Positions 1-11,400 of a DNA stretch of 64,000 nucleotides are shown in pieces. How positions within the stretch are numbered: the stretch's first letter is position 1; each line of letters begins with the position of its first letter. The stretch lies in the NCBI RefSeq assembly GCF_009914755.1, contig NC_060933.1. One strand, written 5' to 3'. The stretch comes from the human T2T-CHM13v2.0 reference genome, Homo sapiens. The notes under the pieces were generated by a model, which saw nothing but the letters and a program-made list of their open reading frames with translations, was not told the origin of the DNA and made no database searches. The translations under genes were made by a program, and so were the position numbers.

Positions 1-16
1 TTCCATTCCATTCCAT

Positions 17-30
17 TCGATTGCAATCGA
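17..30. other. Recurrent 14-bp perfect palindrome TCGATTGCAATCGA (example; also 682-695, 1555-1568 and many more)
   Basis: Read directly from the sequence. Self-reverse-complementary, with two TaqI sites and two CpGs. Occurs at a fixed position in the landmark cycle, downstream of CTATTCGGGTTAATT. Confidence 0.9.
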
Positions 31-499
31 GTTGATTCCATTCCATTCCATTCCATTCCATTCCATTCCATTCCATTCCTTTCCATTCCATTACGGATGA
101 TTCCATTCCATTGCATTACATTCCATTCCATTCCCCTGTACTCGGGTTGATTCCATTCCATTCCATTCCATTCCATTCCATTCCTGATGATTCCATTCCA
201 TTGCATTGCGTTCCATTACATTCCCCTGCACTCGCGTTGATTCCATTCCATTCCATTCCATTCCATTCAATTCCATTCCATTACAATTCGTTCCATTCCA
301 TTCTATTCCGTACCATTCCATTCCATTGCATACCATTCCATTCCATTCCATTCCATTCCGTTCCGTTCCGTTCCATTCCATTCCATTCCATTCTATTCGG
401 ATTAATTCCATTCCATTCCATTCCATTCCATTCTATTCCATTCCATTGCAATCGAGTTGAATCCATTGCATTTCATTCCATTCCATTCCATTCCATTCC

Positions 500-514
500 A
501 TTCCGGAAGATTCC
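500..514. promoter_or_regulatory. Canonical three-unit heat-shock element ATTCC-GGAAG-ATTCC (nTTCn nGAAn nTTCn); example of about 40 copies
   Basis: Exact match to the HSF1 consensus TTCnnGAAnnTTC. Other copies at 2026, 2470, 2870, 4653, 6084, 8599, 9498, 15670, 28033, 61485, 62673 and elsewhere. HSF1 binding to satellite III is established, but occupancy of these particular sites is inferred. Confidence 0.55.
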
Positions 515-3500
515 ATTCCATTGCATTCCATTCCATTCCATTCCCCTGCGTTCGCGTTGATTCCATTCCATTCCATTCCATTCCATTTCGTTCCGTTCCA
601 TTCCATTCCATTCCATTCCATTCCGTTCCGTTCCATTCCATTCCATACCATTCTATTCGGGTTAATTCCATTCCATTCCATTCGATTGCAATCGAGTTGA
701 TTCCATTCCATTCCATTCCATTCCATTCCATTCCATTCCATTCCATTCCTTTCCATTCCATTACGGATGATTCCATTCCATTGCATTCCATTCCATTCCA
801 TTCCCCTGTACTCGGGTTGATTCCATTCCATTCCATTCCAATCCATGCCATTCCACTCGTGTTGATTCCATTCTTTCCATTCCATTCAAGTTGATTCCAT
901 TCCATTGCATTCCATTCCATTCGATTCCATTCGATTGCACTCGGGTTGATTCCATTCCATTGCATTCCATTCCATTCCATTCGATTCCATTCCATTCCAT
1001 TCCGTTCCATTCCATTCCATTCCATTCGGATTGATTCTATTCAATTCCCTTACACTCCATTACATTACATTCCATTCGGGTAGTTTCCATTCCATTCCAT
1101 TCCATTCCTCTCCATTCCATTGCACTCGGGTTGATTCCATTCCATTGCATTCCATTCCATTCCATTCAATTCTATTCCGTTCCATTCCATTCCATTACAT
1201 TCGGATTGATTCTATTCAACTCCCTTACTCTCCATTATATTCCATTCCATTCGGGTTGTTCCATTCCATTCCATTCCATTCCACTCCATTCCATTTGACT
1301 CGGGTTTATTCCATTCCATTCCATTCCATTCCATTCCATTCCATTCCGGAAGATGCCATTCCATTGCATTCCATTCCATTCCATTCCCCTGCACTCGCGT
1401 TGATTCTATTCTATTCCATTCTATTCCATTCCATTCCCTTCCTTTCCGTTCCATTCCATTCCATTCCATTCCATTCCATTCCATTCCATTCCGTTCCGTT
1501 CCGTTCCATTCCATTCCATTCCATTCTATTCGGGTTAATTCCATTCCATTCCATTCGATTGCAATCGAGTGGATTCCATTCCATTCCATTCCATTCCATT
1601 CCATTCCTTTCCATTCCATTACGGATGATTCCATTCCATTGCATTCCATTCCATTCCATTCCCCTGTACTCGGGTTGATTCCATTCCATTCCATTCCAAT
1701 CCATGCCCTTCCACTCGTGTTGATTCCATTATTTCCATTCCATTCTAGTTGAATCCATTCCATTGCATTCCATTCCATTCGATTCCATTCGATTGCACTC
1801 GGGTTGATTCCATTCCATTGCATTCCATTCCATTCCATTCCATTCCATTCCATTCCATTCCATTCCATTCCATTCCGTTCCATTCCATTCCATTACATTC
1901 GGATTGATTCTATTCAACTCCCTTACTCTCCATTACATTCGATTCCATTCGGGTTGTTCCATTCCATTCCATTCCATTCCACTCCATTCCATTGCACTCG
2001 GGTTGATTCCATTACATTCCATTCCATTCCGGAAGATTCCATTCCATTGCATTCCATTACATTCCATTCCCCTGTACTCGCGTTGATTCCATTCCTTTCC
2101 ATTCCATTCCATTCCATTCCATTCCATTCCATTCCGTTCCTTTCCATTCCATTACATTCCATTCCATTCCATTCCGTTCCGTTCCATTCCATTCCATTCC
2201 ATTCTATTCGGGTTAATTCCATTCAATTCCATTCGATTGCAATCGTGTTGATTCCATTCCATTCCATTCCATTCCATTCCATTCCATTCAATTCCATTCC
2301 GTTCCATTCCATTCCATTATATTCGGATTGATTCTACTCAACTCCCTTACTCTCCATTATATTCCATTCCATTCGGGTTGTTCCATTCCATTCCATTCCA
2401 TTCCACTCCATTCCATTGCACTCGGGTTTGTTCCATTCCATTCCATTCCATTCCATTCCATTCCATTCCATTCCGGAAGATTCCATTCCATTGCATTCCA
2501 TTCCATTCCATTCCCCTGCACTCGCGTTGATTCCATTCCATTCCATTCCTTTCCATTCCATTCCATTCCGTTCCTTTCCGTTGCATTCCATTCCATTCCA
2601 TTCCATTCCATTCCGTTCCATTCCGTTCCGTTCCGTTCCATTCCATTCCATTCCATTCTATTCGGGTTAATTCCATTCCATTCCATTCGATTGCAATCGA
2701 GTTGATTCCATTCCATTCCATTCCATTCCATTCCATTCCATTCCATTCCTTTCCATTCCATTACGGATGATTCCATTCCATTGCATTACATTCCATTCCA
2801 TTCCCCTGTACTCGGGTTGATTCCATTCCATTCCATTCCATTCCATTCTATTCCATTCCATTCCATTCCATTCCGGAAAATTCCATTCCATTGCATTCCA
2901 TTCCATTCCATTCCCCTGCACTCGCGTTGATTCCATTCCATTCCATTCCATTCAATTCCATTCCATTCCATTGCATTCCGATCCGTTCCGTTCCATTCCA
3001 TTCCATTCCATTCCATTCCGTTCCATTCCATTCCATTCCATTCCATTCCATTCCATTCCATTCCATTCCATTCTATTCGGGTTAACTCCATTCCATTCCA
3101 TTCAATTGCAATCGAGTTGATTCCATTCCATTCCATTCCATTCCATTCCATTCCATTCCATTCCATTCCATTCCTTTCCATTACATTACGGATGATTCCA
3201 TTCCATTTCATTCCATTCCATTCCATTCCCCTGTACTCGGGTTGATTCCATTCCATTCCATTCCAATCCATGCCATTCCACTCGTGTTGATTCCATTCTT
3301 TCCATTCCATTCAAGTTGAATCCATTCCATTGTATTCCATTCCATTCGATTCCATTCGATTGCACTCGGGTTGATTCCATGGCATTGCATTCCATTCCAT
3401 TCCATTCCATTCCATTCCATTCCATTCCATTCCGTTCCTTTCCATTCCATTGCATTCCATTCCATTCGGATTCATTCTATTCAATTCCCTTACACTCCAT

Positions 3501-3914
3501 TCCATTCCATTCCATTCGTGTAGTTTCCATTCCATTCCATTCCATTCCTCTCCATTCCATTGCACTCGGGTTGATTCCATTCCATTCCATTCCATTCCAT
3601 TCCATTCCATTCCATTCCATTCCGGATGATTCCATTCCATTGAATTCCATTCCATTCCGTTCCCCTGCACTTGGGTTGATTCCATGCCATTCCATTCCAT
3701 TCCTTTCTGTTCCATTCCATTCCATTCCATTCCATTCTATTCGTGTTAATTCCGTTCCATTCTATTCCATTCCATTCCATTGAAATCGAGTTGATTCCAT
3801 TCCATTCAATTCCATTCCATTCCATTCCATTCCATTCCATTCCATTCCGGATGATTCCATTCCATTGCATTCCATTCCATTCCATTCCCCTGCGCTCGGG
3901 TTGATTCCATTCCA

Positions 3915-5790
3915 TTCCATTCCCTTCCAGTCCTTTCCATTCCATTCCACTAGGGTTGATTCCATTCTATTAGATTCCATTCCATTCCATTCCCTTCCAT
4001 TCCACTCTGGTTGATTCCATTCCTTTCCATTCCACTCGAATACTTTCCCTCCTATTCCACTCGGAACGATTCCATTCCATTCCATTCCATTCCATTCCAT
4101 TCCACTCCATTCCATTCCATTCCATTTCGTTCCATTCCATTCTATTCCGTACCATTCCATTCCATTCCATTCCATTCCATTCCATTCCATTCCACTCGTG
4201 TTGATTCCATTGCTTTCCATTCCATTCGGTTTGAAGGCATTCCATTCCATTCAATTCCATTCCATTCCATTCCATTCCATTCCATTCCATTCCATTCCAT
4301 TCCATTGTACTCGGGTTGATTCAATTCCATTGCATTCCATTCCATTCCATTCCGTTGCATTCCATTCCATTTCATTCGGATTGATTGTATTCAAATCCCT
4401 TACTCTCCATTACATTCCATTCCATTCGGGTTGTTCCATTCCATTCCATTCCATTCCATTCCATTCCATACCATTCCATTCCATTCCATTCCATTCCATT
4501 CCGTTCCATTCCGTTCCATTCCATTCCATTCCATTCTATTCGGGTTAATTCCATTCCATTCCATTCCATTCCATTCCATTCTATTCCATTCCATTGCAAT
4601 CGAGTTGAATCCATTGCATTTCATTCCATTCCATTCCATTCCATTCCATTCCATTCCGGAAGATTCCATTCCATTGCATTCCATTCCATTCCATTCCCCT
4701 GCACTCGCGTTGATTCCATTCCATTCCATTCCATTCCATTCCATTCCGTTCCGTTCCGTTCCGTTCCATTCCATTCCATTCCATTCCATTCCATTCCATT
4801 CCGTTCCGTTCCATTCCATTCCATTCCATTCCACTCTATTCGGGTTAATTCCATTCCATTCCATTCGATTGCAATCGAGTTGATTCCATTCCATTCCATT
4901 CCATTCCATTCCATTCCTTTCCCCTGTACTCGGGTTGATTCCATTCCATTCCATTCCAATCCATGCCATTCCACTCGTGTTGATTACATTCTTTCCATTC
5001 CATTCAAGATGAATCCATTCCATTGCATTCCATTCCATTCGATTCCATTCGTTTGCACTCGTGTTGATTCCATGGCATTGCATTCCATTCCATTCCATTC
5101 CATTCCATTCCATTCCTTTCCATTCCATTCCATTCCATTCGGATTCATTCTATTCAATTCCCTTACACTCCATTACATTACATTCCATTCCGGTTGTTCC
5201 ATTCCATTGCATTCCATTCCACTCCATTCCATTGCACTGGGGTTGATTCCATTCCATTCCTTTCCATTCCATTCCATTCCATTCCGGATGATTCCATTCC
5301 ATTGCATTCCGTTCCATTCCATTCCCCTGCAGTCGCGTTGATTCCATTCCATTCCATTCCATTCCATTCCATTCCATTCCATTCCATTCCATTCCATTCC
5401 ATTATACTCGGGTTGATTCCATTCCATTGCATTCCATTCCATTCCATTCCATTCCATTCCATTCCATTCCATTCCATTCCATTCCGTTGCTTTCCATTCC
5501 ATTACATTCGGATTGATTCTATTCAACTCCCTTACTCTCCATTACATTCGATTCCATTCGGGTTCTTCCATTCCATTCCATTCCATTCCACTCCATTCCA
5601 TTGCACTCGGGTTGATTCCATTCCATTCCATTACATTCCATTCATTCCAGATGATTCCATTCCATTGCATTCCGTTCCATTACATTCCCCTGCACTCGCG
5701 TTGATTCCATTCCATTCCATTCCATTCCATTCAATTCCATTCCATTACAATTCGTTCCATTCCATTCTATTCCGTACCATTCCATTCCAT
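3915..5790 (+). repeat. Paralog of ~8805-10650 (offset ~4.85 kb)
   Basis: Shared rare markers: GAATAC-TTCCCTCCTATTCCACTCGGAACGA (4038 vs 8913), TTGTATTCAAATCCC (4385 vs 9235), GGGTTCTTCC (~5560 vs ~10410), GCACTGGGGTTGA and CCTGCAGTCGCG. Confidence 0.85.
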
Positions 5791-8434
5791 TCCATACCAC
5801 TCCATTCCATTCCATTCCATTCCATTCCGTTCCATTCCGTTCCATTCCATTCCATTCCATTCTATTCGGGTTAATTCCATTCCATTCCATTCCGTTCCAT
5901 TCCATTCCATTCCATTCCATTGCATTCCATTCCGGTCCATTCCGTTCCATTCCATTCCATTCCATTCTATTCGGGTTAATTCCATTCCATTCCATTCCAT
6001 TCCATTCCATTCCATTCTATTCCATTCCATTGCATTCGAGTTGAAGCCATTGCATTTCATTCCATTCCATTCCATTCCATTCCATTCCGGAAGATTCCAT
6101 TCCATTGCATTCCATTCCATTCCATTCCCCTGCACTCGCGTTGATTCCATTCCTTTCCATTCCATTCCATTCCATTCCATTCCGTTCCGTTCCGTTCCGT
6201 TCCGTTCCATTCCATTCCATTCCATTCCGTTCCGTTCCATTCCATTCCATTCCATTCCATTCTATTCGGGTTAATTCCATTCCATTCCATTCGATTGCAA
6301 TCGAGTTGATTCCATTCCATTCCATTCCATTCCATTGCATTCCATTCCATTCGATTCCATTCGATTGCACTCGGGTTGATTCCATTCCATTGCATTCCAT
6401 TCCATTCCATTCCATTCCATTCCGTTCCATTCCATTCCATTACATTCGGATTGATTCTATTCAATTCCCTTACACTCCATTACATTCCATTCCATTCGGG
6501 TAGTTTCCATTCCATTCCATTCCATTCCTCTCCATTCCATTGCACTCGGGTTGATTCCATTCCATTGCATTCCATTCCATTCCATTCAATTCCATTCCGT
6601 TCCATTCCATTCCTTTACATTCGGATTGATTCTATTCAACTCCCTTACTCTCCATTACATTCCATTCCATTCGGGTTGTTCCATTCCATTCCATTCCATT
6701 CCACTCCATTCCATTGCACTTGGGTTGATTCCATTCCATTCCATTCCATTCCATTCCATTCCGTTGCATTCCATTCCATTACGTTCGGATTGATTCTATT
6801 CAACTCCCTTACTCTCCATTACATTCCATTCCTTTCGGGTTGTTCCATTCCATTCCATTCCATTCCACTGCATTCCATTGCACTCGGGTTGATTCCATTC
6901 CATTCCATTCCATTCCATTCCATTCCTTTCCGGATGATTCCATTCCATTGCATTCTGTTCCATTACATTCCCCTGCACTCGCGTTGATTCCATTCCATTC
7001 CATTCCATTCCATTCCATTCAATTCCATTCCATTACAATTCGTTCCATTCCATTCTATTCCGTACCATTCCATTCCATTCCATACCATTCCATTCCATTC
7101 CGTTCCATTCCATTCCATTCCATTCTATTCAGGTTAATTCCATTCCATTCCATTCCATTCCATTCCATTCTATTCCATTCCATTGCAATCGAGTTGAATC
7201 CATTGCATTTCATTCCATTCCATTCCATTCCACTCCATTCCATTGCACTCGGGTTGATTCCATTCCATTCCATTCCATTCCATTCCTGATGATTCCATTC
7301 CATTGCATTGCGTTCCATTACATTCCCCTGCACTCGGGTTGATTCCATTCCATTCCATTCCATTCCATTCCATTCCATTCCATTCCGTTCCGTTCCATTC
7401 CATTCCAATCCATTCTATTCGGGTTAATTCCATTCCATTCCATTCGATTGCAATGGAGCTGATTCCATTCCATACCATTCCATTCCATTCCATTCCATTC
7501 CATTCCATTCCTTTCCATTACATTACGGATGATTCCATTCCATTTCTTTCCATTCCATTACATTCCCCTGTACTCGGGTTGATTCCATTCCATTCCATTC
7601 CAATCCATGCCATTCCACTCGTGTTGATTCCATTCTTTCCATTCCATTCAAGATGAATCCATTCCATTACATTCCATTCCATTCGATTCCATTCGATTGC
7701 CCTCATGTTGATTCCATGGCATTGCATTCCATTCCATTCCATTCCATTCCATTCAATTCCATTCCATTCCATTCCATTCCATTCCATTCCATTCCATTCC
7801 TTTCCATTCCATTCCATTCCATTCCATTCCATTCCTTTCCATTACATTACGGATGATTCCATTCCATTGCATTCCTTTCCATTCCATTCCCCTGTACTCG
7901 GGTTGATTCCATTCCATTCCATTCCATTCCATGCCATTCCACTCGTGTTGATTCCATTCTTTCCATTCCATTCAAGTTGAATCCATTGCATTGCATTCCA
8001 TTCCATTCGATTCCATTCGATTGCACTCGGGTTGATTCCATTCCATTGCATTCCATTCCATTCCAGTCCATTCCGTTCCATTCCATTCCATTCCATTCCA
8101 TTATACTCGGGTTGATTCCATTCCATTGCATTCCATTCCATTCCATTCCATTCCATTCCATTCCATTCCGTTGCTTTCCATTCCATTACATTCGGATTGA
8201 TTCTATTCAACTCCCTTACTCTCCATTACATTCCATTCCATTCGGGTTGTTCCATTCCATTCCATTCCATTCCATTCCACTCCATTCCATTGCACTCGGG
8301 TTGATTCCATTCCATTCCATTCCATTCCATTCCTGATGATTCCATTCCATTGCATTGCGTTCCATTACATTCCCCTGCACTCGGGTTGATTCCATTCCAT
8401 TCCATTCCATTCCATTCCATTCCATTCCATTCCA

Positions 8435-11400
8435 TTCCAATCGAGTTGATTCCATTCCATTCCATTCCATTTCACTCAATTCCAGTCCTTTCCATTCCAT
8501 TCCACTCGGGTTGATTCCATTCTATTTCTTTCCATTCCATTCCATTCCATTGCAATCGAGTTGATTCCATTGCTTTGCATTCCATTCCATTCCATTCCAT
8601 TCCGGAAGATTCCTTTCCATTGCATTCCATTCCATTCCATTCCCCTGCACTCGGGTTGATTCCATTCCATTCCACTCCATTCCATTGCATTCCATTCCAT
8701 TCCATTGTATTCGGGTTGATTCCATTGCATTCCTTTCCATTCCATTCCATTCCATTCCATTCCATTACAATCGAGTTGATTCCATTCCATTCCATTCCAT
8801 TCCAGTGCTTTCCATTCCATTCCACTCGGGTTGATTCCATTCTATTAGTTTCCATTCTATTCCATTCCCTTCCATTCCACTCTGGTTGATTCCATTCCTT
8901 TCCATTCCACTCGAATACATTCCCTCCTATTCCACTCGGAACGATTCCATTCCATTCCATTCCATTCCATTCCATTCCATTCCATTCCATTTCGTTCTAT
9001 TCCATTCTATTCCGTACCATTCCATTCCATTCCATTCCATTCCATTCCATTCCACTCGTGTTGATTCCATTGCTTTCCATTCCATTCGGTTTGAAGGCAT
9101 TCCATTCCATTCCATTCCATTCCATTCCATTCCATTCCATTCCATTCCATTCCATTGTACTCGGGTTGATTCAATTCCATTGCATTCCATTCCATTCCAT
9201 TCCGTTGCATTCCATTCCATTTCATTCGGATTGATTGTATTCAAATCCCTTACTCTTCATTACATTCCATTCCATTCGGGTTGTTCCATTCCATTCCATT
9301 CCATTCCATTCCATTCCATACCATTCCATTCCATTCCATTCCATTCCATTCCGTTCCATTCCGTTCCATTCCATTCCATTCCATTCTATTCGGGTTAATT
9401 CCATTCCATTCCATTCCATTCCATTCCATTCTATTCCATTCCATTGCAATCGAGTTGAATCCATTGCATTTCATTCCATTCCATTCCATTCCATTCCATT
9501 CCGGAAGATTCCATTCCATTGCATTCCATTCCATTCCATTCCCCTGCACTCGCGTTGATTCCATTCCATTCCATTCCATTCCATTCCATTCCGTTCCATT
9601 CCGTTCCGTTCCATTTCATTCCATTCCATTCCATTCCATTCCGTTCCGTTCCATTCCATTCCATTCCATTCCACTCTATTCGGGTTAATTCCATTCCATT
9701 CCATTCGATTGCAATCGAGTTGATTCCATTCCATTCCATTCCATTCCATTCCATTCCTTTCCCCTGTACTCGGGTTGATTCCATTCCATTCCATTCCAAT
9801 CCATGCCATTCCACTCGTGTTGATTCCATTCTTTCCATTCCATTGAAGATGAATCCATTCCATTGCATTCCATTCCATTCGATTCCATTCGTTTGCACTC
9901 GTGTTGATTCCATGGCATTGCATTCCATTCCATTGCATTCCATTTCATTCCATTCCATTGCATTCCATTTCATTCCATTCCATTCATTTCCATTCCATTC
10001 CATTCCATTCGGATTCATTCTATTCAATTCCCTTACACTCCATTACATTACATTCCATTCGGGTTGTTCCATTCCATTCCATTCCATTCCACTCCATTCC
10101 ATTGCACTGGGGTTGATTCCATTCCATTCCTTTCCATTCCATTCCATTCCATTCCGGATGATTCCATTCCATTGCATTCCGTTCCATTCCATTCCCCTGC
10201 AGTCGCGTTGATTCCATTCCATTCCATTCCATTCCATTCCATTCCATTCCATTCCATTCCATTCCATTCCATTGTACTCGGGTTGATTCCATTCCATTGC
10301 ATTCCATTCCATTCCATTCTATTCCATTCCATTCCGTTGCTTTCCATTCCATTACATTCGGATTGATTCTATTCAACTCCCTTACTCTCCATTACATTCC
10401 ATTCCATTCGGGTTCTTCCATTCCATTCCATTCCATTCCACTCCATTCCATTGCACTCGGGTTGATTCCATTCCATTCCATTCCATTCCATTCATTCCGG
10501 ATGATTCCATTCCATTGCATTCCGTTCCATTACATTCCCCTGCACTCGTGTTGATTCCATTCCATTCCATTCCATTCCATTCAATTCCATTCCATTACAA
10601 TTCGTTCCATTCCATTCTATTCCGTACCATTCCATTCCATTACATACCATTCCATTCCGTTCCATTCCATTCCATTCCTTTCCATTCCATTCCGGAAGAT
10701 TCCACTCCATTACATTCCATTCCATTCCATTCCCCTGCACTCACGTTGATTCCATTCCATTCCATTCCATTCCCCTGAAGTCGGGTTGATTCCATTCCAT
10801 TCCATTCCATTCCATTCCATTCCATTCAATTCCGTTCCGTTCCATTCCATTCCATTCCATTCTATTCGGGTTAATTCCATTCCATTCTATTCCATTCCAT
10901 TCCATTCCAATCCATTCAGTTCCATTCCATTCCATTCCATTCCATTCTATTCGGGTTAATTCCATTCCATTTCATTCCATTCCATACCATTCCATTCCAT
11001 TCCATTCCATTCCATTCCATTCCGTTCCATTCCGTTCCATTCCATTCCATTCCATTCTATTCGTGTTAATTCCATTCCATTCTATTCCATTCCAGTCCAT
11101 TGAAATCGAGTTGATTCCATTCCATTCCATTCCATTCCATTCCATTCCGGATGATTCCATTCCATTGCATTCCATTCCATTCCATTCCCCTGCACTCGGA
11201 TGGATTCCATTCCATTCCATTACATTACATTACGTTCCATTCCGTTCCATTCTATTCTATTCGGGTTAATTCCATTCCATTCCATTCCACTCCATTCCAT
11301 TCCATTCTATTCGGGTTAATTCCATTCCATAACATTCCATTCCATTCCATTCCATTCCAATCGAGTTGATTCCATTCCATTGCATTTCATTTCACTCAAT

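Noticed and set aside
20-27. ATTGCAAT as a C/EBP site
   Set aside because: It lacks the two central bases of the C/EBP consensus ATTGCGCAAT. It is kept only as part of the palindrome observation.
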